Shown here piece after piece: positions 11,091 through 19,542 of a DNA stretch of 64,000 bases (its first letter is position 1; each line of letters begins with the position of its first letter). This DNA is from a bacterium (GTDB lineage: Bacteria > UBA8248). The notes below the pieces were generated by a model. That model was not told the DNA's origin. It was given only the letters and a program-made list of their open reading frames with translations, and made no database searches. Position numbers and translations under genes: made by a program. The stretch covers positions 448,001 to 512,000 of the forward strand of contig OZ244799.1 of the NCBI GenBank assembly GCA_965219955.1, written 5' to 3'.

Positions 11091-11119
11091 TTCATCTCCT
11101 CCGATAAAAGGAGGCCGCC

Positions 11120-11575
11120 ATGAAACGAATGATCGAACACGTCGCCCTGCGCGTCACGAATCTCGAAAAATCCATCTCGTTCTACCGCGACGTGATGGGT
11201 TTCAAGCCCATCGGGCGCCGGCTCATCCACGGCGGCGAGATCGACCAGGTCGTCTTCCGCGTGGGGGAGGACATCCTCGTCCTGTTTCACGCCAAGGATT
11301 TCGTGTCCGACGACGTCGAGGTGAAGGGCGGGATGGATCACCTCGCGTTTTGCATGGATGACGCCGAATACCACAATGTAATCAATCGCTTACGGGCGAG
11401 CGGCCGGGAGCCTCACCGCGGCGAGGAGAAGAACCTCGGTGCCTACGGCGTGGGCTACGCCACCTATTTCTACGATCCCGACAACGTCGAACTCGAGATC
11501 AAGCGCTACGACGATCCCCCCGAACAGCCGGGCCCGGAGTGGTACGAGAGCGGTCGGAAGATGAGCGTCTCCTAG
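11120..11575 (+). CDS. VOC/glyoxalase family protein
   Basis: IEHVALRV..FYRDVMGF, DHLAF and YFYDPDNVELE motifs; GAGG RBS. Confidence 0.88.
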   Translation: MKRMIEHVALRVTNLEKSISFYRDVMGFKPIGRRLIHGGEIDQVVFRVGEDILVLFHAKDFVSDDVEVKGGMDHLAFCMDDAEYHNVINRLRASGREPHRGEEKNLGAYGVGYATYFYDPDNVELEIKRYDDPPEQPGPEWYESGRKMSVS

Positions 11576-11760
11576 GCGCAACTCCCCGCAGTTCCACGCA
11601 TCTGCCGTCACGGGAGAAGGCGCGGGCCATGGCAGAATCCTCATGCGTCGCGGTTCTGCGGCGTCTTTTCCCGAGAAAAAATTTGTCGGTAATTTATCGA
11701 AAAACCCCGTGAATTTATCTGAATTTATCTGATTTTTCAGATATTATTTTTTGCATTTTA
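11576..11760. repeat. Partial phased-motif element
   Basis: AATTTATC at 11691, 11712, 11722 and CCGCA-type repeats at 11576-11608; core matches 9040-9112 and 47940-48010. Confidence 0.7.
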
Positions 11761-12006
11761 AACCTTCCTCACTTCGCCTGAGCGAACGACCGTAGTCGTC
11801 GATCCGCGCCTCCGTTCCTTGAAAAACCGGGGGCCTTCGGAAAGTCTGTCCCGCATTTCCTTCATCGCGTAAAACCCATGACGCCGAATGCGAAGAGATG
11901 CGTTGGCCGAACCCGACCGGGGAAGGAGGTCGGACCCGACTGAGGAGGGAGGGTCCGCCGGATGAGGAACGAGCAATTCCCGACCGGGGCGGCGGGCCTT
12001 GTGTCC

Positions 12007-13002
12007 TTACGCACGCCCGCCTGCGCGTTCGAAAATCCCGCGCAACTCCTCCGGGTCCTGCGTATGGGCGAGCGCCACCATCAGCAGGGTCCGGGCCTTG
12101 ATTCCGCTCAGGTAGCCTGCGGAAATCGCCCCGCGCTCGATCAGGCTGCGGAAAGAGCCCTCATGCGCCTTGGCGCGGTGCGGCGCGCCCGCGAAGATGC
12201 GCACCCCGAGCACCACGGGAATCCCCGCTTCGAGAGCGTCGCAAAGGGCGTGGTAAAAAGGAACGTTCACGTTGCCCGCGCCGACGCCCTCCACGACGAT
12301 CCCGTCCACGCGCTCTTTGATGCACGCGCGTACGAGCAGGTCGTTCACCCCCTGGGTCACGGTGAGGAACTGCACGTTCTCCTTGAGGGCCGGCACCTCG
12401 AAGTGGAGCCGCCGCTCGGGTCGGTAGTGAAAGAAGACGCCCTCGTCCGAAACGACGCCGATGGGCCCGCCGTCTCTCGAGGCGAAGGCATGGGGCCGCT
12501 GGCTGTGCACCTTGATGACGTCGCGCGCGGCGAATATCTCGCCATCGAGAGCGACCATCACGCCCCGGCCCCGCGCCTCGGGTGAGGCTGCGATCTTCGC
12601 GGCATAGAAGATGTTCCTCGGGCCGTCCGCGTCCCGGGCGACGGAATTTCGCATCGCCCCCGTAATCACGACGGGCTTGTCATCCCCCAGGGTCAGGTCC
12701 AGGAGATAGGCCGTTTCCTCCATGGTGGCCGTTCCGTGCGTGACCACGGCCCCGGCCGTCTCCTCATCCGCCAGAATCCCGCGCAGGCGGTCGCGAAGGC
12801 CGAAGGCCGTCGCCGTCTCCATCAGGTCGCTGGTGACGTTCGAGTGCTCGACCACGCGCACCTCCGCCGCACCCCCGAGTTCGGGAACGGACGAGACCAA
12901 CTCCTCTGCGCTCGCCGCCGGTACGTTCTCCCCGCCGCGCGTGTCGTATTTTGAGGAAATCGTCCCTCCGGTCGTCACTATCGCAACGGAAGGCTTGTTC
13001 AT
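12007..13002 (-). CDS. L-asparaginase family protein with variant active site
   Basis: TTGGTI and THGTATMEETAY (canonical HGTDT), KPVVITGAMR, EGVGAGN; start reassigned to ATG 13002. Confidence 0.88.
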   Translation of the reverse strand: MNKPSVAIVTTGGTISSKYDTRGGENVPAASAEELVSSVPELGGAAEVRVVEHSNVTSDLMETATAFGLRDRLRGILADEETAGAVVTHGTATMEETAYLLDLTLGDDKPVVITGAMRNSVARDADGPRNIFYAAKIAASPEARGRGVMVALDGEIFAARDVIKVHSQRPHAFASRDGGPIGVVSDEGVFFHYRPERRLHFEVPALKENVQFLTVTQGVNDLLVRACIKERVDGIVVEGVGAGNVNVPFYHALCDALEAGIPVVLGVRIFAGAPHRAKAHEGSFRSLIERGAISAGYLSGIKARTLLMVALAHTQDPEELRGIFERAGGRA

Positions 13003-13311
13003 GGCGTCTCCCTTTTCGTTTCTTGAAGTACGGTTCGTGAATGGCGCTGTGTAAGATGAGGCGAGCGCATTGTGGCCCCGCAAGGGGACGACCGCAAGGC
13101 GGGACGGAGGAAGGGGAATTTATCGAGACATGAGAGGGGAGGAGAGCGTTTGCGCCTTTGTAGGGGCGGCTCGCGAGCCGCCCTCATGGTTGATGAATTG
13201 ACCCGATGCGTAGGCGTTTCTTGCTTATCCCCGCGCAATGCGCCAAAAATGGATACGGACGGGACGGCTGATCACCGCCCGCGCCCGAATCGCCGCCTGT
13301 GGGGATGTGTA

Positions 13312-13809
13312 ATGTCGATGTCCTTTGGCTCCTGGCTGCGCCTGAGTTGCGCCGTCTGGGTCGGCGTGATGGCCGGGTTTTTCTTCGCGTTCTCGTTCGT
13401 GGTCATGCCCGGCCTCGGGGCCATGGAGCCGCTCGCCGCCCTGGCCTCCATGCAGGCGGTCAACCTGGCCGTGAGAAACGCCGTCTTCGCGCTCGGCTTT
13501 TTCGGCGCATTGATACTATGTATCGCCGTGGCGCTTCACGCGCTGATTCACCGCGACGCCCCCGCCTGCTGGTTAGCACTTTCCGCCGCCCTCATCTACC
13601 TCATCGGCGCATTCGGCGTGACCAGCCTTTTCAACGTGCCGCTGAACGGCGAAATCGCGCCCCTGGATCCGGCCAGGCCCGAGAACGCAGGCGTGATGGT
13701 CTCCTATCTCGCGGAATGGACCCTCTGGAACCACGTCCGCACCCTCGCAAGCCTCGCCGCGTTCGTCCTGCTGCTTTTGAGTTTGTGCTACGGGAGAGGG
13801 GAGGGGTAG
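13312..13809 (+). CDS. DUF1772 / anthrone oxygenase family membrane protein
   Basis: MAGFFFAFSFVVMPGL, MQAVN, FNVPLN and WTLWNHVRT motifs. Confidence 0.85.
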   Translation: MSMSFGSWLRLSCAVWVGVMAGFFFAFSFVVMPGLGAMEPLAALASMQAVNLAVRNAVFALGFFGALILCIAVALHALIHRDAPACWLALSAALIYLIGAFGVTSLFNVPLNGEIAPLDPARPENAGVMVSYLAEWTLWNHVRTLASLAAFVLLLLSLCYGRGEG

Positions 13810-13821
13810 CGCTGTCCCTAC

Positions 13822-14128
13822 AGGGTTGTTGAAAAACTCTGGAACTTTGGATTTGTCGTATGTAACCGACCGACGAGAGAGAAAAATCACTCCCCCCTTG
13901 AGGGTCGGGCTTCCCGAGGGGAAAGCCCGACGAGGAAGCCGAGCGGTTTGTGCGAAGGCTGAATCGGTGGGGGGTAAAATGCGTTTTATCGTCAGCCCGA
14001 ATTATACCCCCCACCGAATCGCTTTCGGGCTTACGCCCTCAGCTCTTCGTCGGGCTTTCCCCTCGGGAAGCCCGACCCTCAAGGGGGGAGTGGTTGTTGA
14101 GTGCTCTCAAGGGCTTTTCAACAACCCC
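13822..14128. mobile_element. MITE-like unit: GGGTTGTTGAAAAA / TTTTCAACAACCCC TIRs enclosing a family C element
   Basis: Inverted 14-bp ends; interior is the reverse complement of the 1990-2166 element. Confidence 0.6.
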
Positions 14129-14153
14129 CCTACGGGGTGAATGGGATTCGATC

Positions 14154-14425
14154 GTAGGGACAACCCCCTGGTGGTTGTCCCCTATCGGAGCGAACACGAT
14201 TCAGACAAGCCGGGACAGGCGCAGGGGCCTGCCCCTACTATCTCCAAGACGTAAATACCCGTCATTCCGGCATTCGCCGGAATGACGACGCTGTATGGTG
14301 ATTTCGACTGAGTGGGGCGGGAATGCCTTTGTAGGGGCGGCTCGCGAGCCGCCCGTGCAGGTTCAACCCTGCGGGATCGAGAGGGAATAAACGACACCAG
14401 GGCGGACACGCGGGTCCGCCCCTAC
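14154..14425. repeat. Cluster of GTAG-REP doublets and a family A hairpin
   Basis: GTAGGGACAACC, GTAGGGGCGGCTCGCGAGCCGCCC (also at 13160), GGGCGGACACGCGGGTCCGCCCCTAC, GTCATTCCGGCATTCGCCGGAATGAC. Confidence 0.8.
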
Positions 14426-14467
14426 CAGAGAAACAAGAAGGGTCGGTTCACGTCCCTTATGAAACCC

Positions 14468-14911
14468 CTACTTCTTGATCGAAAGAAACTTGAGCACCAC
14501 GCCGTCGGGGTCTTTGCAGAAGAAGATTTTCGAGCCCTGGATGGGGCCGCTCGGCACCGTGGCGGGTTCCGGCGAACACATGGTGGTGCCGTCCGCTTTG
14601 AGTTTCTCATAAAGGGCTTCCGCGTCGTCCACGACGAAGCCGATCTGCAGGCAGCCCGCGTTGTTGGGGGAGGTGTCCACCGCATCGCCCGCCGCGCCCT
14701 TGTACTCCATGAGTTCTAAGTGAAGCCCGTGGCCGCCCATGTGCACCACGCGGAGAATCGCGCCGGGAACGCCCGTCACCTGTGCGGAGAAATCCGGCGT
14801 TCGCTCCGAATCCGATTCCACCTCGAAGCCGAAGTTCCCGGCGTACCATTTAGAAGACGCGTCCGCGTCTTTTACCGTAAGCGATACGTTATGAAAGCGT
14901 TGGATGCTCAT
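14468..14911 (-). CDS. VOC/glyoxalase family protein
   Basis: FHNVSLTV, HLELMEY and FFCKDPDGVVL motifs; GGAG RBS. Confidence 0.85.
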   Translation of the reverse strand: MSIQRFHNVSLTVKDADASSKWYAGNFGFEVESDSERTPDFSAQVTGVPGAILRVVHMGGHGLHLELMEYKGAAGDAVDTSPNNAGCLQIGFVVDDAEALYEKLKADGTTMCSPEPATVPSGPIQGSKIFFCKDPDGVVLKFLSIKK

Positions 14912-15016
14912 GGGTGTTGTCTCCTGTGATTCTGAAAAATGGCGCTCTTTTATATCTATAATCGCGCAGATGGCGTCAGGTTCCGTATAAGTTCATCCCT
15001 TTATGCCGGTATAAAA

Positions 15017-15415
15017 CTATTCGGAAGTGTCTTTCGGCTTCAGGTCCAAAGAAGCCGAGTTCATGCAGTAGCGAAGGCCGGTGGGCGCAGGGCCGTCGGG
15101 GAACACGTGGCCCAGATGCGCGCCGCAGTTCGAACACACCACCTCCACGCGGCGCATCCAGAAAGAGTTGTCCTCCTTCTCGCCCACGTTCTCGGGCTTG
15201 AGCGGCTGGTAGAAGCTCGGCCAGCCCGTACCCGAGTCGAACTTGGTCTCGGCGTCGAAAAGCTCCGTCCCGCAGCACACGCACGCATAGATGCCGTCAT
15301 CGTGGCAGTCCCAGTATTTCCCGCTGAAGGCGCGCTCGGTGCCCGCCTTTCTGGTGACGTGGTACTGCTCGGGCGTGAGTTGCTCGCGCCACTCCGCATC
15401 GGTTTTCTCTATCAT
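15017..15415 (-). CDS. msrB: Peptide-methionine (R)-S-oxide reductase
   Basis: [27 protein letters not shown] and GLRYCMNS motifs; two CxxC Zn sites; AGGAG RBS before ATG 15415. Confidence 0.97.
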   Translation of the reverse strand: MIEKTDAEWREQLTPEQYHVTRKAGTERAFSGKYWDCHDDGIYACVCCGTELFDAETKFDSGTGWPSFYQPLKPENVGEKEDNSFWMRRVEVVCSNCGAHLGHVFPDGPAPTGLRYCMNSASLDLKPKDTSE

Positions 15416-15508
15416 GTCGAATCTCCTTCTCGCTTTCCGGTTCGCTACACGGATAGAATCCTCAAAAACCGCGTGAAATACAAGAGGCAATTCGATGCTC
15501 CTCTTTCC

Positions 15509-16684
15509 TCACAGGTGGGGCAGGGCTTTCAGGACGTTCACCTGGTTCGTGTTGCCCATATGGTAAAGCTGAATGGCGTCGCGGTAGACCTTCTCGACCG
15601 GCGCGTCCTTCATCACGCCCATGCCGCCCCAGATTTCCACCGCCCGGGTGGCCATGTAGTTCAGCGTCTCGACGGTGAGCACCTTGGTCGCCCGCGCGAG
15701 TTTCTGGTCGTGGACTCCTTCGTCGATGCTCCAGGCGGCGCGCCATAGCAGCGTTCTCGCCGCTTCGAGGCGGGTGAACATCTCGAGCAGGAGCGCGCCG
15801 ACGAGGTCGTGTTCGATGATGGGCTTTCCGCCCTGCACGCGCTCGCGCGCATAGGAGAGCGCCAGGTCGTGGGCGCGGCGGGCGATGCCCAAAGATGTCG
15901 CCGTTGCCTCCACGGTGCCGACGTTGACGACGCTCTTGCGACCTTCCTGGAACCTGTCCTCCTCGCCCAGGCGGTCTTCCACCGGCACCCGCACGTCGCG
16001 GAAGATGAGGTCGTGCTGGGGGTAGCACCTGAGCCCCACCTTATCGTGCAGCCTGCCGACCTCGAAGCCCTCGTGCGGCGGAAAAATCATGAACCCCGTC
16101 ACGCCCTTCGTCCACGGGACGCTCCTGTCCGTCCGGGCGAATGCGGTGACGTATTTCGCCTGCGCGCCCATGGCGATGAACTGCTTCATGCCGTTCAAGA
16201 CGTAATGATCCCCCTCGCGCACCGCGCTCAGGGCGGGGCCTGCGGCCGGGTCCGCATCGAAGGGGAGGGCGTTGTCGCTGCCAGCGCCTGGCTCCGTGAT
16301 GGCGATGCCGATGCAATAGAGCGGGTCTTCGAGATAGGCGGGGACCACGCGCGCGAGTTGTTCGGGCGTCGCCACGGCGATCAAGCCCGCTACCGCCTTC
16401 CAGTTGTGGCTGTACACCTTGGAGACGGCGGGCGAGCCGGCGGAGAGCTCCTCCACCACGATGCACTGGGTGAGCACGTCGGCCCCGTCGCCGCCGTGCG
16501 CCTCGGGTACGCCCAGGGAGTGGAAGCCGAGCGCGGCGCCCCGCTTCACCAGGTCGTAAGCGAACTTGTCCTCCCCGTCGGGGCGCTTTTCGAGTTCGGC
16601 CACGACGGGCAGCATCTCCTCCATCGCGAATTTCCGCGCGAGGAGTTGCAGGCTCTTCTGTTCTTCACTCAGTTCGAAGTCCAT
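15509..16684 (-). CDS. Acyl-CoA dehydrogenase
   Basis: MDFELSEEQ, ITEPGAGSD, LNGMKQFI and YARERVQGGKPI motifs. Confidence 0.93.
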   Translation of the reverse strand: MDFELSEEQKSLQLLARKFAMEEMLPVVAELEKRPDGEDKFAYDLVKRGAALGFHSLGVPEAHGGDGADVLTQCIVVEELSAGSPAVSKVYSHNWKAVAGLIAVATPEQLARVVPAYLEDPLYCIGIAITEPGAGSDNALPFDADPAAGPALSAVREGDHYVLNGMKQFIAMGAQAKYVTAFARTDRSVPWTKGVTGFMIFPPHEGFEVGRLHDKVGLRCYPQHDLIFRDVRVPVEDRLGEEDRFQEGRKSVVNVGTVEATATSLGIARRAHDLALSYARERVQGGKPIIEHDLVGALLLEMFTRLEAARTLLWRAAWSIDEGVHDQKLARATKVLTVETLNYMATRAVEIWGGMGVMKDAPVEKVYRDAIQLYHMGNTNQVNVLKALPHL

Positions 16685-16776
16685 GCGGTTTCCTTATCGG
16701 TTTATTTCCGGTGGTTGGTTAGATGAGAGGTTTCTTTTTCTCCTGAATATGATGCCTCACTATCCGTATCCCGATG

Positions 16777-17154
16777 GAGGTGTTGAAAAACTCCATCGAG
16801 GAGGAAGTGGCGCCTGCGCCCGGTTTCGGGTTTTGGCCGTCATTCCGGCGAAAGCCGGAATCCATTTTCGCCTTTGCCTTTTCGCTTTCTCGTTCGGACG
16901 TCTTTACGCCCGGGCAGGGAGGAGCCGAATCGAACACAAAAACGAAAGGCGAATCCTCTGGATTCCGCATCCGGACTCCGCGCAACAACAAGGTCGTGGC
17001 CGCTCCGCCCGGTGAAAAGTCAAAATGGATTCCGGCTTTCGCCGGAATGACGACTTCGTGGTGAACCGCACCAGCCGTCTCCGTAACGACGCCCGAATTT
17101 AAGCGCGCACGAAACGCATCGTCAATTCTAACCGAGAAGGTCTTTCAACACCCC
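16777..17154. mobile_element. TIR-bracketed unit containing a 213-bp family A element (16839-17051)
   Basis: Family A element bounded by inverted GTCATTCCGGCGAAAGCCGGAATCCATTTT; near-identical copy at 19063-19274. Confidence 0.7.
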
Positions 17155-17177
17155 CTTTTCTCTCGGAATGCACGCCC

Positions 17178-18452
17178 CTATGAACCAGCTTTTTCGCCGC
17201 AGATTGCAAGCGCAGCGGCGAGGTAGACTTTCGCCGCTGTCACCACGTCCTCGATCAAGACATGCTCGCCCACGGCGTGCATCAGCCCTTTCTCGGCGGC
17301 GTCTGGGTGCATCCGCCCGCCGGGGCCGTAGCAGACGCAGGGGATGCCGTAGCGGTTGAAATGCGTGGAATCGGCCGCGGGCCGCCTGATGACGGGTTTG
17401 GGTGCCTCTCCCGTCACCTCCCCGTGCGCCGCAAGCGCAGCTTGTACGAGAGGGGCGTCCGGGTCGAGCAGGGTGGGCGGGTCGTTCACGTAGAAGGTGA
17501 GCGAGGCCCGCCCGGCTTCATCCGCCGCCTCATCGAGCACGGCGCGCAGTTCGCGCTTGATGTCCTCGGTGTTCTGGCCCGGCACGGTGCGGATGTCGAG
17601 ATAAAGGCTCGCCTCGGCGGGGTTTCTCGAAAGCCGCCAGGGCCACCCGCCCCGGACGGCGGCTATCGTCACGTTGGGGTGTTCGCCCATGCAGGAGTGC
17701 CTGGCCTCGTAATCGGGGATCCAGCGCTCGATGGCGGCCTGAATCCCGTGGATCGCGCGCACGGCGTTCGTGACCCCCGGGCGGTTCGAGAACACGCTGT
17801 GGCTGATGGTGCCCCTCGCGGTGATCTTCGCCCACACGACGCCCATGTTCGCGTTCGAGACCTTGAGCCCCGTCGGCTCGGCGAGGATGGCGCAATCCGC
17901 CGTCTCGCCGTGCAGGATGAGGTGCCGCGTGCCCGTCCCGTAGCCGGAATAGGATTGGCCCTTGAACTCATCCACGGGCGCTTTTTCTATCTCGCCCACC
18001 ACGCCGGCCAGCGTGACGTCGCCGCGCAGGGCGACCTCCTCCCGGCAGATGGCCTCGAGGGCCGCCAGCGCGCCCGCAAGGCCGCTCTTCATGTTGTTGG
18101 CGCCGAGACCCCACAGCCAGCCGTCGCGGTGGACCGCCCTGGGCTTGAAGCCCTCGCCGCTCAGGTAGTCCTCATCCCCGTCATAGGAGGTATCCATGTG
18201 GCCCGTAAAGAGCAGGTTCATCCCGTCGCCCGCGCCCTCGCGCACGCCGATCGCGTTCGGCCTGCCGGGGTCGACCTCCTGCAAGCGGGTTTCAAGCCCT
18301 GCGGCCGACATGCGCTTGACAAGATAGCGCGCCATCTGCGCCTCTCCGCCCGTGGGACTGGGGATGTCCACCATGTCGGCGAGCAACTCGCGCACGGCGT
18401 CTTCGGTGAGGTGGCGCGCGCAGCGCTCGAAATCGGGGTGCGGCATCGGCAT
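17178..18452 (-). CDS. M20 family metallo-hydrolase (ArgE/DapE-like)
   Basis: IPSPTGGE, LFTGHMDT, LWGLGANNMKSG and ILAEPT motifs. Confidence 0.9.
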   Translation of the reverse strand: MPMPHPDFERCARHLTEDAVRELLADMVDIPSPTGGEAQMARYLVKRMSAAGLETRLQEVDPGRPNAIGVREGAGDGMNLLFTGHMDTSYDGDEDYLSGEGFKPRAVHRDGWLWGLGANNMKSGLAGALAALEAICREEVALRGDVTLAGVVGEIEKAPVDEFKGQSYSGYGTGTRHLILHGETADCAILAEPTGLKVSNANMGVVWAKITARGTISHSVFSNRPGVTNAVRAIHGIQAAIERWIPDYEARHSCMGEHPNVTIAAVRGGWPWRLSRNPAEASLYLDIRTVPGQNTEDIKRELRAVLDEAADEAGRASLTFYVNDPPTLLDPDAPLVQAALAAHGEVTGEAPKPVIRRPAADSTHFNRYGIPCVCYGPGGRMHPDAAEKGLMHAVGEHVLIEDVVTAAKVYLAAALAICGEKAGS

Positions 18453-18648
18453 TCATTCTCCCTGAACGTATCGGGTGCTCCAGCGTATCATGCGCGGGCC
18501 GGTTTCCGGTATCTCCGTTCACATCGAGGTACGCTTGTCTTTCGGCCGCATTCAGCCGGATTTCCCCTCTCGAACGGCCGGGCGGACTGCAGGAAGAACG
18601 TGCCGGCCCGAACGGCTGGAGGCAACACCTGCGGAACGGTTGACCTCC

Positions 18649-19422
18649 CTCCTCAGGGGATAAAGGCAACCCCCCCTACCCCCCTTGTCAGGGGGCAAGA
18701 AAAAAAACCTCTACCGGCGGCGGGCGTCGCCTTTTCATACCACCCTCGTCGGGGTATTGCTTTTTTTACCCCCCTGACGAGGGGGGTAGGGGTCAAGGCG
18801 AGAGCCTGCGCCGCCGCCCGGTTTCGGATTTTGGCCGTCATTCCGACGAAAGAGGGCGGGGGTTTTGTAGGGACAGGTCGCGACCTGTCCCTACGGTGGA
18901 ATCAGGCCGGGGAGAGTCTGGCCGTCCTTTCACCTCGATCCGCAATGTTCCCGTAGGGGCGGCCCTCTGTGGCCGCCCGCATCGGATATGTTCATCCCTG
19001 TGCCTACGTTTCGCAAGGACAGGCACGGAGGCCTGTCCCTACGGCGAACCGGCCCCCACGCCGTCATTCCGGCGAAAGCCGGAATCCATTTTCGCCTTTG
19101 CCTTTTCGCTTTCTCGTTCGGATGTCTTTGCTCCCGGGCGGGGAGGATCGGAATCGAACACAAAAACGAAAGGCGAATCCTCTGGATTCCGCATCCGGAC
19201 GCCGCGCAAAAACAAGGTCGTGGCCGCCCGCCCGGTGAAAAGTCAAAATGGATTCCGGCTTTCGCCGGAATGACGGGGGAGGATTTGCGGTTTTCGTAGG
19301 GGCGGACCTGTGTGTCCGCCCAATCGCTCGGACGAAAACCCGGAAAACGGGAGCACACATAGTCAGACATATATGTCTGACCCCTACGCCGAACCACTCA
19401 ATTGGGTTTTTTCAACAACCCC
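18649..19422. repeat. Composite repeat cluster: family B, GTAG-REPs, family A element 19063-19274, REP doublet 19296-19387, TIR
   Basis: Direct sequence matches to the other clusters. Confidence 0.85.
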
Positions 19423-19542
19423 TTGCGCCGCGCCCTGGCCGGAGAGGGAAAAGTCACGAAGAACAACACGGCTGTCTTCAATCGTCGTTGCGCTGTTTCC
19501 GGGGAAGCGGGTTGATTGTTCGCCTGCAGGGAACTTTTTCGA

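Noticed and set aside
13132-13803. GAGAGGGGAGG repeated either side of the DUF1772 gene
   Set aside because: Short low-complexity purine match, plausible by chance
15017-15415. MsrB as a second selenoprotein
   Set aside because: The catalytic residue is a Cys codon (RYCMN); no in-frame TGA
17262-18956. Long antisense or alternate-frame ORFs (also 21817-23286, 25513-26835, 43382-44518, 52115-53359)
   Set aside because: Shadow ORFs expected from high-GC codon bias, overlapping well-supported genes
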